From Fibrobacterota bacterium (GTDB lineage: Bacteria > Fibrobacterota > Fibrobacteria > UBA5070), in NCBI GenBank assembly GCA_029557215.1, contig JAKPQQ010000222.1, forward strand, positions 18,481 through 82,480: a stretch of DNA of 64,000 nucleotides, written 5' to 3'. Position numbers and translations under genes: made by a program. The notes beneath the pieces were generated by a model. That model made no database searches and was not told the origin of the DNA. It saw only the letters and a list, made by a program, of their open reading frames with translations. Of this stretch, positions 1 through 14,587 are shown in pieces; position 1 is the first letter of the stretch, and each line of letters begins with the position of its first letter.

Positions 1-1
1 C

Positions 2-358
2 AACGTCGTCAACCAGATGGTCTGCACGGGAATCCTCGCACACCTCGGCATGGAAGCCGTGGCGGTCGCCAACGGACGCGAAGCGCTGGCCGCGCTGGAA
101 AAAGCGCCGTTCGACCTCGTCCTCATGGACATGCAGATGCCGGAAATGGACGGCTTGGAAGCGACCAGGGCGATCCGTTCCCCGGATTCGAAGGTGCTCG
201 ACCACTCGATCCCGATCGTCGCGCTCACGGCCAACGCGATGGCCCGGGACGCGGAGGCCTGCCTGAAGGCGGGAATGGACGGATTCGTCGCCAAGCCCAT
301 CATGCCATCGGCGCTGGAAGACGCGATCCGGAAGCACATGAGAAAACCGGGAACCTGA
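2..358 (+). CDS. 3' end (receiver/REC domain) of a gene that starts upstream of the window; probably the C-terminal receiver of a hybrid sensor kinase
   Basis: Open frame from window edge; translation ...LVLMDMQMPEMDGLEATRAIRS...ALTANAMARDAEACLKAGMDGFVAKPI is a CheY-like receiver (D-D-K signature); stop at 356-358. Confidence 0.6.
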   Translation, partial: NVVNQMVCTGILAHLGMEAVAVANGREALAALEKAPFDLVLMDMQMPEMDGLEATRAIRSPDSKVLDHSIPIVALTANAMARDAEACLKAGMDGFVAKPIMPSALEDAIRKHMRKPGT

Positions 359-530
359 ATCGGCTTCGCCGATGACGGCAGGATTCCGGAAGACTTGCGG
401 ATCCGGGATTCGCGATCGGCGGAACCGATCGACCGGATCGGAACGTCCGATTTCCATTCCAGGCGACTCCGGCGCATCTTCTACTCGTCACCAACGGTGA
501 ACCTGAACAAATCCCAACAAGGAGACGAGA

Positions 531-1094
531 ATGTCGATCATCAACAGCCAAGTTCCTTCGTTCAAGGCCGAGGTCTACCACAACGACGCGTTCCGCACCG
601 TCACGGAAAAGGACATCGCGGGCAAGTGGACCATCTTCTTTTTCTATCCTGCCGACTTCACCTTCGTCTGCCCCACCGAACTGGGCGATCTGGCCGACAA
701 GTACGCCGAACTCCAGAAGATGGGCGTGGAAGTCTACAGCGTGAGCACCGACACCCACTTCGTGCACAAGGCCTGGCACGACGCATCCGATACCATCAAG
801 AAGATCAAGTACCCCATGCTCGCGGATCCCACCGGCGCCCTTTCGCGCGCCTTCGGCGTGCACATCGAGGAAGCCGGCCTCGCCTACCGCGGCACCTTCG
901 TGGTGAGCCCCGAAGGCAAGATCAAGATCGCGGAAATCCACGACAACGGGATCGGCCGCAACGCCGAGGAACTCGTCCGCAAGGTCCAGGCCGCCCAGTT
1001 CGTGGCCAGCCACCCCGGCGAAGTCTGCCCCGCCAAGTGGAAGCCGGGCGCCGCCACCCTCAAGCCGGGCCTGGATCTGGTCGGCAAGATCTGA
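531..1094 (+). CDS. ahpC: Alkyl hydroperoxide reductase subunit C (typical 2-Cys peroxiredoxin)
   Basis: 187 aa; motifs FTFVCPTE (peroxidatic Cys) and C-terminal resolving Cys (EVCPAKW); SD aaggag 7 nt upstream of ATG. Confidence 0.93.
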   Translation: MSIINSQVPSFKAEVYHNDAFRTVTEKDIAGKWTIFFFYPADFTFVCPTELGDLADKYAELQKMGVEVYSVSTDTHFVHKAWHDASDTIKKIKYPMLADPTGALSRAFGVHIEEAGLAYRGTFVVSPEGKIKIAEIHDNGIGRNAEELVRKVQAAQFVASHPGEVCPAKWKPGAATLKPGLDLVGKI

Positions 1095-1151
1095 CACATA
1101 TTGGAGCGAACCGGCGGGACGATTAAGTGAAGACACGTTCCGTCGATCGAA

Positions 1152-1189
1152 GCCCCCGGGTTCCGAAAGGGATCCGGGGGTCTTTTTTT
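1152..1189 (+). terminator. Rho-independent terminator after ahpC
   Basis: GC stem cccccgg...ccggggg followed by tcttttttt. Confidence 0.6.
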
Positions 1190-1214
1190 CACGGACGCGG
1201 CCGGACCGCGGGCG

Positions 1215-1874
1215 TCAGGCCTTGCCGGAGATCTTGCTGACGCAATCCGGACAGATTCCGTGCGAGACCTTGGAACCTCCGTGCTCCTGGATGTACTGCT
1301 CGATCGTTTCCCAACCGCCTTCGTCGTTGCGGATCTTGCGGCACCAGGCGCAGACGGGCACGAGGTTGCGCAATTCCTGGATCTCTTCGCGGGCCCGGCG
1401 CAGCTCCAGGTGCGTGCGGACGCGGGCCAGCAGTTCTTCCGGCTGGAACGGCTTGCCCACGTAGTCGACCGCCCCCGCCTTGAACCCCTTGACCACATCC
1501 TCCGTGCTGGTGCGCGCGGTGATGAAGATCACGGGAATGTTCCTGGTCTCGGAACCGAGCCGCAGCACGGAGCAGGTCTCGTAGCCGTCGATCCCGGGCA
1601 TGTTGACGTCCAGGAGGATCAATCCGGGATGCGCTTCCTTGGCCAGCCGGTTGGCCACCACGCCGTTTTCCGCTTCCATCACCTCGTATCCGTCCTGCTC
1701 CAGCACACCGCGAAGGAGCATGCGGTTGAACTCGAGGTCGTCGGCCACCAGGATGAGTTCCTTCGACACATCCGCCCCCGAAGCACAGGACGCTGCACCC
1801 CCGCCCGACAGGGGTGGCGTTTCTTGGAATTCCGCGGATGGTTCGCTGTCGGACATTCGAGGAAAGTATCCCAT
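1215..1874 (-). CDS. Response regulator: REC domain plus C-terminal Cys-rich module (VCAWCRKIR...HGICPDC)
   Basis: ORF 1215..2111 trimmed to internal ATG (M80) because the N-terminal 79 codons overlap the divergent uvrA start and look non-coding; receiver motifs [27 protein letters not shown]; the C-terminal CxxC-x20-CxxC segment is a module I recall from delta-proteobacterial signalling proteins. Confidence 0.7.
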   Translation of the reverse strand: MGYFPRMSDSEPSAEFQETPPLSGGGAASCASGADVSKELILVADDLEFNRMLLRGVLEQDGYEVMEAENGVVANRLAKEAHPGLILLDVNMPGIDGYETCSVLRLGSETRNIPVIFITARTSTEDVVKGFKAGAVDYVGKPFQPEELLARVRTHLELRRAREEIQELRNLVPVCAWCRKIRNDEGGWETIEQYIQEHGGSKVSHGICPDCVSKISGKA

Positions 1875-1923
1875 TTCGAATCGCGCAAGGACGAAGCCTT
1901 TCGAGGTTCGGCTTTGTATATTA

Positions 1924-1939
1924 CTGCTCAATTGAGCAG
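1924..1939. promoter_or_regulatory. Perfect 16-bp palindrome CTGCTCAATTGAGCAG in the RR/uvrA divergent intergenic region; candidate operator (CTG-N10-CAG, SOS-box-like)
   Basis: Read directly from sequence, ~40 bp upstream of the uvrA-fusion ATG at 1978. Confidence 0.35.
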
Positions 1940-1977
1940 AAATTTGTCTGCCATTCCGGAGAGGTCGGCTTTCGCCC

Positions 1978-7368
<5,391 letters not shown>

Positions 7369-7461
7369 GCCTTCCACGGCGCCCGGAGCGTCCATGCGCG
7401 GGTCGCCGGACCGGGAACGGTTTGTGGGTTCTTCCGTTTGTAGGTACTATGCAGGGTACGC

Positions 7462-9765
7462 ATGGAGTTCCCGCTTCCGGAAATCGACATATCGCTGCAT
7501 CCAGGGCTCGTGCCCTCCGGAAGGTGTCCGTTGTCCGGGCGCATCCTTTGGACGCGACCGGAATGGAACACCGACCTGCCCCACTACCAGAACGAGCTCC
7601 GGGTCCTGGCTCCGAACCTGATCGTGGCGCGTTCGCGCGGGTTCATCTACGGCGAAGACACCCTCGCCTACATCCGGCGGTTCGAGAAGCTGCTCGCCGA
7701 GTTCGCTCCCGGCGGCGAAAAGATCTGTTTCATCGAGGACTGGACCGGGATGACCGGCGCCGACACGCTCGCCCGCCGTTCCTACGTCTCCTACCACGTG
7801 CAGCACTCCGATCGCTACCACGGGGTGTCGTTCTTCGGGCTCAACGCCATGACGCGGATGCTGGTGACCTTGAGCCGGCAATTGTCGGCGGTGCCCTTTC
7901 CGCTGGAGACGGGCGGCGACTACGCCGAGGCGATGGACAAGATCCTGCGCATCCTCGGCGCGAAAAAAGGCGAGTTCCAGATCCGCGACACCCTCGCTCC
8001 GCTCCCCCCCGTCCTCCCCCTGCCCGGCGCCATGCTGCGCGGACACGCGAGGCGGTTGGAGGAAATCTTCGGGCGCATCCCGTGGGACCAGGAGGGCGAG
8101 CCACCCAATCCTCTCCCGCCCAAGGATCCGTTCCACAATCTCGTCGCGGGTTGGATCGCGATCAAGGCCGACCTCGACGATCTGCAACGGCGCAGCGAAG
8201 GGCTGGAGCGGAACTTCCGGGCGATCATGGAATCGGCCCAGGAAGGTGTCTGGATCGCCGATTCCGCCGGACGGACGGTCTGGGCCAACGGCACCATGGC
8301 CCAACTCATGGATGTCCCGATCGCCAAGATGTCGCAGCTCAAGCTGTTCGACGCGCTCCCCTCCTCGGTGGTCCGCGAGGCGCACCAGACCACTCTCCCC
8401 GCCTGCGAGCTGCGCCTGTCGCGGCCGGGCGGCACGGCCATCTGGGTGCTCGTGGCCGCCGGACCGGTCCCGCCGGACATGGACGGGACCGGCGGGATCT
8501 ACGCGATCTGCACCGACATCACGGAACGCCGCGAATCCGAGACCGAAGTCCGGCGCCTGAACGAGGTGCTCGAACAGCGCGTCGAGGAACGGACGGCCGA
8601 ACTCGCGGCATCCAACCAAAAACTGGCCGACTCCCTGAAGGGACGCGAAGAATTCCTGGCCGCCATGAGCCACGAGCTGCGCACCCCGCTGGCGACCATG
8701 CTCAACGTGGCGGAAGCCATGCGCGCCGGCGTGCACGGAGAGCTTTCGCCGCGCCAGGACGAACGCCTCGCCCTGCTGGAGCGCAACGGCAGGCACCTCC
8801 AGTCGCTCATCGACGACGTGCTCGACCTCTCCAAGAACATCGCGGGCAACTTCGCGCTGAACCTGGAACCGACCGATCTTTCCGAGCTCGCGCGCCAATG
8901 CGTCTCGTCCATCCACGGCACCGCCGCGGAGCGAACGATTTCCGTCCATTCCGACATCCCGACCGGACCGGTGGTCGCCGACGTCGACCCGCTGAGGGTC
9001 CGGCAGATCCTGTTGAACCTGCTTTCCAACGCCTGCAAGTTCACCCCGCCCGGCTCGGCCATGGGACTGCGGCTGCTCCCCCGACCGGAAGACGACTTGG
9101 TCGTGTTCGAAGTCTGGGACCAGGGCCCGGGGATTTCGCCGCTGGTGCGGCACAAGCTGTTCCAGCCCTTCGTCCAGCTCGACAACAGCCTGGCGCGCGA
9201 GCACGGCGGCGTCGGACTGGGCCTGGCCTTGAGCCGCAGGCTGGCCCAAGCCCACCACGGCACGATCGAACTCGACGCGGAATCCCGCGAAGGAGCGGTC
9301 TTCCGCTTGACCCTCCCGTGGACGCGCGACGAGAACCAGGTCCTGACGATCGCGCGCAAGACCACCGCCATCGCCCGCAACGAATCGGTCGGGCCGATTG
9401 TCCTCCTGGTGGAAGACAACCAGGACCTGCGCGAAACCGTGGCCGAATACCTCTCGTCCGTGGGCTGGCAGGTGCATGCAGCGGCCGGAGGCCTCGAAGC
9501 CCTGTGCCTGTTCGAGACCCAGGCCTTCGATGTCGTCCTGATAGACATCCAGATGCCGGGCATGGACGGGCTGGAAACGATCCGGCGGCTGCGCACCACC
9601 CCCGCCGGCAAGGCGGCGAAGATCGTGGCGATGTCGGGGCTGGCCTTTCCCGAGGACAAGGAACGGGCGCTCGTCGCCGGCGCCGACCTGCATTTGTCGA
9701 AGCCCGTCCGGCTGCACAGCCTGGTGGACGTGCTGTCCGGATTCGCGAGGGCGGTCGGTAGCTGA
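7462..9765 (+). CDS. Hybrid sensor histidine kinase: unrecognised ~190-aa N-terminal domain, PAS, HisKA, HATPase_c, REC
   Basis: 767 aa; H-box AAMSHELRTPL, G-boxes GGVGLGLAL, C-terminal receiver VLLVEDNQDLRE..DIQMPGMDG; N-terminal segment with CPLSGRILWTRPEW shared with the HK at 58116..60548. Confidence 0.8.
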   Translation: MEFPLPEIDISLHPGLVPSGRCPLSGRILWTRPEWNTDLPHYQNELRVLAPNLIVARSRGFIYGEDTLAYIRRFEKLLAEFAPGGEKICFIEDWTGMTGADTLARRSYVSYHVQHSDRYHGVSFFGLNAMTRMLVTLSRQLSAVPFPLETGGDYAEAMDKILRILGAKKGEFQIRDTLAPLPPVLPLPGAMLRGHARRLEEIFGRIPWDQEGEPPNPLPPKDPFHNLVAGWIAIKADLDDLQRRSEGLERNFRAIMESAQEGVWIADSAGRTVWANGTMAQLMDVPIAKMSQLKLFDALPSSVVREAHQTTLPACELRLSRPGGTAIWVLVAAGPVPPDMDGTGGIYAICTDITERRESETEVRRLNEVLEQRVEERTAELAASNQKLADSLKGREEFLAAMSHELRTPLATMLNVAEAMRAGVHGELSPRQDERLALLERNGRHLQSLIDDVLDLSKNIAGNFALNLEPTDLSELARQCVSSIHGTAAERTISVHSDIPTGPVVADVDPLRVRQILLNLLSNACKFTPPGSAMGLRLLPRPEDDLVVFEVWDQGPGISPLVRHKLFQPFVQLDNSLAREHGGVGLGLALSRRLAQAHHGTIELDAESREGAVFRLTLPWTRDENQVLTIARKTTAIARNESVGPIVLLVEDNQDLRETVAEYLSSVGWQVHAAAGGLEALCLFETQAFDVVLIDIQMPGMDGLETIRRLRTTPAGKAAKIVAMSGLAFPEDKERALVAGADLHLSKPVRLHSLVDVLSGFARAVGS

Positions 9766-9825
9766 AACGCCCTTGTCCCCCCGGATCCTCGACAGACTAG
9801 GTTTCCCGCCCATGGAGACCCTCCT

Positions 9826-10347
9826 TTGAGCACGGCATCGTCGTTGTCGCCCGCCGCCTCCCAGTTCGTGGAAAGCTGGGGATCGCTGGGCGTGCTGTGG
9901 GGCCTGAACCGCTCCATGGCCCGCATCCACGCGCTGTTTCTGGTCACCGACGAACCCGTGGAGCTGGACCAGGTCGCGAAGGTCCTGAACATCAGCCGCG
10001 GCAACGCGAGCATGTGCCTCAAGGAACTGCGCAACTGGGGAGTGATCCAGCGCGTCCACAAGCCGGCCGACCGGCAGGACTACTACGTCGCCGAACCCGA
10101 CGTGTGGACCACGTTCTTCCGCATCGCCGTGGAACGCAAGAAGCGCGAATTCGATCCGGCCCTGAACAACCTCCGACATCTTCTGTCGGAAGAGGACTTC
10201 AGCGATTCCCCCAAGACCCAAAAACGCCTGGAAGACATGGAAGACCTGTTCTCCACGGCCAACACGATCCTCGGATCGCTGCTGTCCAACGAGAAGACCG
10301 GCCGCAAGGCGGTGGGTCTGCTGAAGCGGGTCCTGCCCAAGGGCTGA
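9826..10347 (+). CDS. GbsR/MarR-family winged-helix transcriptional regulator
   Basis: 173 aa from TTG start; FVESWGSLGV...MARIHALFLV..ELDQVAKVLNISRGNASMCLKELRNWGVI resembles the GbsR HTH. Confidence 0.6.
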   Translation: MSTASSLSPAASQFVESWGSLGVLWGLNRSMARIHALFLVTDEPVELDQVAKVLNISRGNASMCLKELRNWGVIQRVHKPADRQDYYVAEPDVWTTFFRIAVERKKREFDPALNNLRHLLSEEDFSDSPKTQKRLEDMEDLFSTANTILGSLLSNEKTGRKAVGLLKRVLPKG

Positions 10348-10445
10348 CGACCGCTCCCGGCCCCGTCCGCAAGCCATCCCAGTGTCGGCAAGGACCGGAT
10401 TCCCAAAGAAATCCGAAAGAGTTCTTGCGTTTTTGGTTCAAATGT

Positions 10446-10461
10446 TTCAGTTTATACTGAA
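10446..10461. promoter_or_regulatory. Inverted repeat TTCAGTttatACTGAA inside an AT-rich promoter-like patch; candidate operator for the adjacent GbsR/MarR-like regulator
   Basis: 6-4-6 perfect palindrome ~25 nt upstream of SD aggagg of the 10487 gene; flanked by ttcaaa / tatact hexamers. Confidence 0.35.
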
Positions 10462-10486
10462 CGATCCATTTGCACAGGAGGAATCA

Positions 10487-10978
10487 ATGCGCACCAAAAC
10501 CTCGTTTCCGGACAGCGAACGAACCGGGCAGGCCGCCTGGATCCTGACCGCGCTCGGCGTCGTCCACATTCCTTTGATCGCGTTCCATTTGGCTTTCCCT
10601 ACGCTGTTCCAATGGGGTACGGAGCTGTCGGTGCTCGCCCCCGACAACCGCAACCTGTTGTGGGCCCTGCATCTTTGCGGCATCTTCTGGCTGGGCAGCA
10701 TGGGAGCAGCCACGCTGATGGAGGGTTGGCGGCGGCGGACAGGCCTCGACGAGGCCATGCCCAGGGCGTTTTGGATCTGGGTCGCCGGATTCTGGCTCTT
10801 CCGCATCGGCATCCAGATCCCGATCGAAGGGCTTGGACCCCAGAGCTTGGCCATGGTCGCCTTGCTGCTTCCGTTCCCGCTACTCTATCTGGTGGCCTGG
10901 AAGAAACTCGGCCCGGAAACCTTCGAAACGCGAGGGTTCGTCGGCGCGCGACTGCGTCCCGAAAGCTGGCTGCGCTGA
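10487..10978 (+). CDS. Hypothetical integral membrane protein (about 4 TM helices)
   Basis: SD aggagg 5 nt upstream of ATG; hydrophobic segments AAWILTALGVVHIPLIAF, LWALHLCGIFWLGSMGAA, AFWIWVAGFWLF, LAMVALLLPFPLLYLVAW. Confidence 0.55.
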   Translation: MRTKTSFPDSERTGQAAWILTALGVVHIPLIAFHLAFPTLFQWGTELSVLAPDNRNLLWALHLCGIFWLGSMGAATLMEGWRRRTGLDEAMPRAFWIWVAGFWLFRIGIQIPIEGLGPQSLAMVALLLPFPLLYLVAWKKLGPETFETRGFVGARLRPESWLR

Positions 10979-11026
10979 ACCACGCCCCCGCGTCCCGGAA
11001 GGAATTCCCGGTCCGCTGAAGCCCGG

Positions 11027-13504
11027 TCAGCCCTGTTCCGGATCCTGCATGGGAAAGATCGTCTCCAGCAGGTTGGCGGCTTCCGCCGCGGGAACCGGCT
11101 TGCTGAACAGGAACCCCTGGCCGTAGCGGCAACCCATCGCCCTCAGGCCGGCCAGCTGGGCCGTCGTCTCGATGCCTTCGGCGACGGCTTCCATGCCCAG
11201 GCTCTTGGCCAGCTGCACGATCGTCTTCACGATGGCCACGCGTTCGGGCGCTTCGGACATGCGCGACACGAAGGAGCGGTCGATCTTGAGCGTGTCGAAC
11301 GGGAACTGGTGCAGGTAGGAAAGCGAACTGTAGCCGGTCCCGAAATCGTCGATGGACAACTGCGCGCCCAGATCGTGGAGTTCGTGGAGCTTGTCGGTGG
11401 CCAGCGCGGTGCTCTCCAGGATGACGGATTCCGTGATCTCGAGCTTGAGCGCCTCGCCGGGGAGCCCCGTGTCGAACAGGATGGTCCGCACCTGGTCGAC
11501 GATGTCCGGCAAGGTGAACTGGCGCACCGAAAGGTTGACGGAAATGAACAGATCCTGGGCGCGCGGGCACTTGTGGCGCCACTCCACGAACTGCCGGCAG
11601 GATTCGCGCAGCACGTAGCGCCCGATCTCCACGATCAGCCCGGTTTCTTCCGCCAGCGGGATGAACACCGCGGGATTGACGATCCCCTTTTCCGGATTCT
11701 GCCAGCGCACCAGGGCTTCGAACCCGGCGACGGCACCGGTGGCGATCTCGAGGATGGGCTGGTAGTAGACGCGGAATTCCTCGCGCTCCACGGCGCGACG
11801 CAGGCTGGTCTCCAGCTGCAGATGCGCCGCGGCGAACTCGTGCATCCCCTGGTTGAACACCACATGGCGGCCCTTGCCCTGCGACTTGGCGCGGTACATG
11901 GCGGTTTCGGCGTCGCGAAGCAGATCTTCGGGATGGTCCTGCTGGCGCTCCGACACCGCGATGCCGATCGAGAGCGAAACGAAGACCTCCTGGCTGCGGA
12001 TGCGGATGGGCTGCGAGAGCCTCTGGACGATCCGCTCGGCCATGCGCGGGAACACGTTGAGGTCCTGGTAGCCTTCCATGAGGATCGCGAATTCGTCGCC
12101 ACCCAGGCGGGCCAAGGTGTCCCGGGCATGCAGGCAGTCCTCCAGCGCGCGGCCCACGGCGAGGATCAGCTCGTCGCCCGCCTCGTGCCCCAGGCTGTCG
12201 TTGATCAGCTTGAACCGGTCGATGTCCAGATGCAGCACGCCCACGTACTGGCCGCCCGGCGACTTCTGCGAACGCTGGATGGCTCGACGCAATCTGTCCA
12301 GGAACAGGGCGCGGTTGGGGAATCCCGTGAGGGAGTCGTAGAGGGCTCCCTGCATCAATTGCTCTTCGGCGCGCTTGCGCTGCGTGATGTCCTCCAGCGA
12401 ACCAGCCATGCGGTCGGGATTGCCGTCCTCCCCCGGGCGCATCATCCCGCGCGACAACACCCACCGGTAGGCCCCGTCGCTGTGCAGGATCCGGAACTCG
12501 CATTCGAAGTGCGGCGCCTGGCCCGCCAGATGCGAGGCGATCTCCTGCCTCAGAAGATCCGAATCCCTCGGGTGGACGCGGTCGAACCATTCCTCGGGTC
12601 GCCCTTCGAGCAGCCCGGCGTCCATGCCCATGATCTGGGCCCAGCGGGGACTGTAGTACATCCTCTGCTCCCGGAGATCCCACTCCCAGAGCCCGCCGTT
12701 GGACCCGGCCGCGGCCAGCGCGTAGCGTTCTTCGGATCGGCGCAGGGCGTCCTGGGTCCGGCGGCGCTTGGTCACGTCCTCGACCGTGCCCTCGTAGAAC
12801 AAGGTCTTTCCCTGCGACGATCGCACCGCATGGGCGTTCTCGCTGACCCAGATCTCCGACTTGTCGCGGCGTTTGACCCGAGACTCGAAATCCTTGACGT
12901 CGCCGTCCCGCTCCAGCTGCTCCCTGAGGCTGCGGAACGTTTCCGGATCGGCGTAGACGTCCTTGGAAGCGTCCTTCACCGAATGGATGAGCTGCATGGG
13001 GTTGTCGTAGCCCAGGATGCGGGCGAGAGCCGGATTGGCCGACAGGAACCGTCCATCCGTACCGGATTGGTAGATGCCTTCCACGGCGTTCTCGAAGATG
13101 CCGCGATACTTTTCTTCGGCGAACCGGAGCGCTTCTTCCGCGATCTTGAACCGCGTCACGTCCTGGGCCTGGAGCAGGATTCCCTTCAGATCGGGCTCTC
13201 CCAGGCTCGCGAGCACGGCTTCCACGTTTAGCCAGGTGCCTTGGGAGTGTTTCAGGCGGAACTCGCAACGAATGACGCTGCCCGGATAGGGAGCCACGTG
13301 CGACACCTGCCGCAGGACCTCCGCGGCGTCGTCCGGGTGCAGGAGGTCTTCCAGCCTCAGCTTCCGGACGGCATCCGGAGCGTAGCCGAGTTTTCTCTCG
13401 AAGGCCACACCGACATCCTTCACGTGCCCGTCCCCGTCGAGGAGGGCCCAGATCTCGGAGGTTCCCTGGAGAACCCGTTCATGGAGAGCGGTCAGGAAAG
13501 TCAT
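11027..13504 (-). CDS. PAS-PAS-PAS-GGDEF-EAL c-di-GMP turnover protein
   Basis: GGDEF (RLGGDEFAIL), EAL (EALVRW, DDFGTGYSSL, QGFLFSKP) and three PAS blocks; start taken at ATG M11 of ORF 11027..13534 (TTG at 13534 also possible). Confidence 0.85.
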   Translation of the reverse strand: MTFLTALHERVLQGTSEIWALLDGDGHVKDVGVAFERKLGYAPDAVRKLRLEDLLHPDDAAEVLRQVSHVAPYPGSVIRCEFRLKHSQGTWLNVEAVLASLGEPDLKGILLQAQDVTRFKIAEEALRFAEEKYRGIFENAVEGIYQSGTDGRFLSANPALARILGYDNPMQLIHSVKDASKDVYADPETFRSLREQLERDGDVKDFESRVKRRDKSEIWVSENAHAVRSSQGKTLFYEGTVEDVTKRRRTQDALRRSEERYALAAAGSNGGLWEWDLREQRMYYSPRWAQIMGMDAGLLEGRPEEWFDRVHPRDSDLLRQEIASHLAGQAPHFECEFRILHSDGAYRWVLSRGMMRPGEDGNPDRMAGSLEDITQRKRAEEQLMQGALYDSLTGFPNRALFLDRLRRAIQRSQKSPGGQYVGVLHLDIDRFKLINDSLGHEAGDELILAVGRALEDCLHARDTLARLGGDEFAILMEGYQDLNVFPRMAERIVQRLSQPIRIRSQEVFVSLSIGIAVSERQQDHPEDLLRDAETAMYRAKSQGKGRHVVFNQGMHEFAAAHLQLETSLRRAVEREEFRVYYQPILEIATGAVAGFEALVRWQNPEKGIVNPAVFIPLAEETGLIVEIGRYVLRESCRQFVEWRHKCPRAQDLFISVNLSVRQFTLPDIVDQVRTILFDTGLPGEALKLEITESVILESTALATDKLHELHDLGAQLSIDDFGTGYSSLSYLHQFPFDTLKIDRSFVSRMSEAPERVAIVKTIVQLAKSLGMEAVAEGIETTAQLAGLRAMGCRYGQGFLFSKPVPAAEAANLLETIFPMQDPEQG

Positions 13505-13537
13505 CGTTCTGGCATCGACCTTACCATATTTCAATCC

Positions 13538-14383
13538 ATGAAGCCAAACAAACCCACCAAAAGGTTCCTGACCCTGCTTCCACTCCTCGCGCTGACCATG
13601 TCGCTGAACCAGTGTTCATGCAGCGACACGCTCGGTTCGCTGTTCGTGACCGAACGCGACGAACAGACCATCGGCGCCCAGTTCAACTCGGAACTTCTCG
13701 CGAAACCTTCCGAATACCCGATCTACAAGGCGACGACCGCGCGCCAGATCGAATTCGAGGACTACGTCCAGCGCGTCTTCAGGAAGGTGGTCGACAACGT
13801 ACCGGCCGAACAGAAGCCCGCGTACGACTTCCATGTCGCGATCATCGACCAGAACGTGGAGAACGCCTTCGCCGTGCCGGGCGGCTACGTGTACATCTAC
13901 ACGGGCATCATCAACAGCATGCAGTCCGAGTCGGAACTCGCCGGAGTCCTGGCCCACGAGATCGCCCACATCACCCAGCACCACTACCGCGACGCCATGA
14001 TGAAGACCACCGGGATCGCGTTGGTGGTCGAAGCCCTGGCCGGCAGCGACTCCAGCGTGCTCAAGAGCGCGGTGAAGGGGATGTTCACCCAGCTCGCGGC
14101 CCTCAAGGTCAGCCGCTCCAACGAAGACGAGGCCGACGCCTTCGGCACGCGCTACCTCGGATACTCCGGTTGGGACCCGTACGGCATCGCCGATTTCTTC
14201 TCGCGCATGCAGTCCGGCGGCATCAGTTGGCTGTCCACCCACCCCGATCCTGCCGCGCGCGTCCAGAACGTGAAGGACCTGGTCTACAAGGAAGGCATGG
14301 GTCAAGAGGGCCAACCCGCCTGGAACACCGGCGCGAAGAACACGATCGAATTCAACGCCCAGAAGACCAACATGCGCAACTGA
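13538..14383 (+). CDS. M48-family zinc metallopeptidase, probable lipoprotein
   Basis: HEIAH zinc motif, downstream EDEAD; signal peptide with lipobox-like LNQC; internal ATG (M100) of ORF 13241..14383. Confidence 0.8.
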   Translation: MKPNKPTKRFLTLLPLLALTMSLNQCSCSDTLGSLFVTERDEQTIGAQFNSELLAKPSEYPIYKATTARQIEFEDYVQRVFRKVVDNVPAEQKPAYDFHVAIIDQNVENAFAVPGGYVYIYTGIINSMQSESELAGVLAHEIAHITQHHYRDAMMKTTGIALVVEALAGSDSSVLKSAVKGMFTQLAALKVSRSNEDEADAFGTRYLGYSGWDPYGIADFFSRMQSGGISWLSTHPDPAARVQNVKDLVYKEGMGQEGQPAWNTGAKNTIEFNAQKTNMRN

Positions 14384-14416
14384 TTCCCGGGACGGCCTCG
14401 GGCAGTTCGCCCGAAG

Positions 14417-14441
14417 CCGGAACGAATCGTTCCGGTTTTTT
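14417..14441 (+). terminator. Rho-independent terminator after the M48 peptidase gene
   Basis: ccggaacg-aat-cgttccgg stem followed by tttttt. Confidence 0.55.
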
Positions 14442-14587
14442 GGCGATCGCAGATCTTGTCAGACAATTTCCGGAAGCGACGAGCGACTGGCACCGGCTTC
14501 GCTATTTCCCGGTCCCGTCTCCACGAGACGGGTGCCCTTTCCAGCAGGACCTGGCGCTCTCCAAACATCCTTCAAGGAACCACGACA

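Noticed and set aside
358-530. Short direct/inverted repeats (ccgatcg..cggatcgg) upstream of ahpC as a possible OxyR site
   Set aside because: Repeats are imperfect and do not match the ATAG-N7-CTAT OxyR tetramer pattern.
10599-13268. 889-aa minus-strand ORF overlapping the PAS-GGDEF-EAL gene
   Set aside because: Different frame of the same strand. The GGDEF/EAL motifs are in the 11027..13504 frame only.
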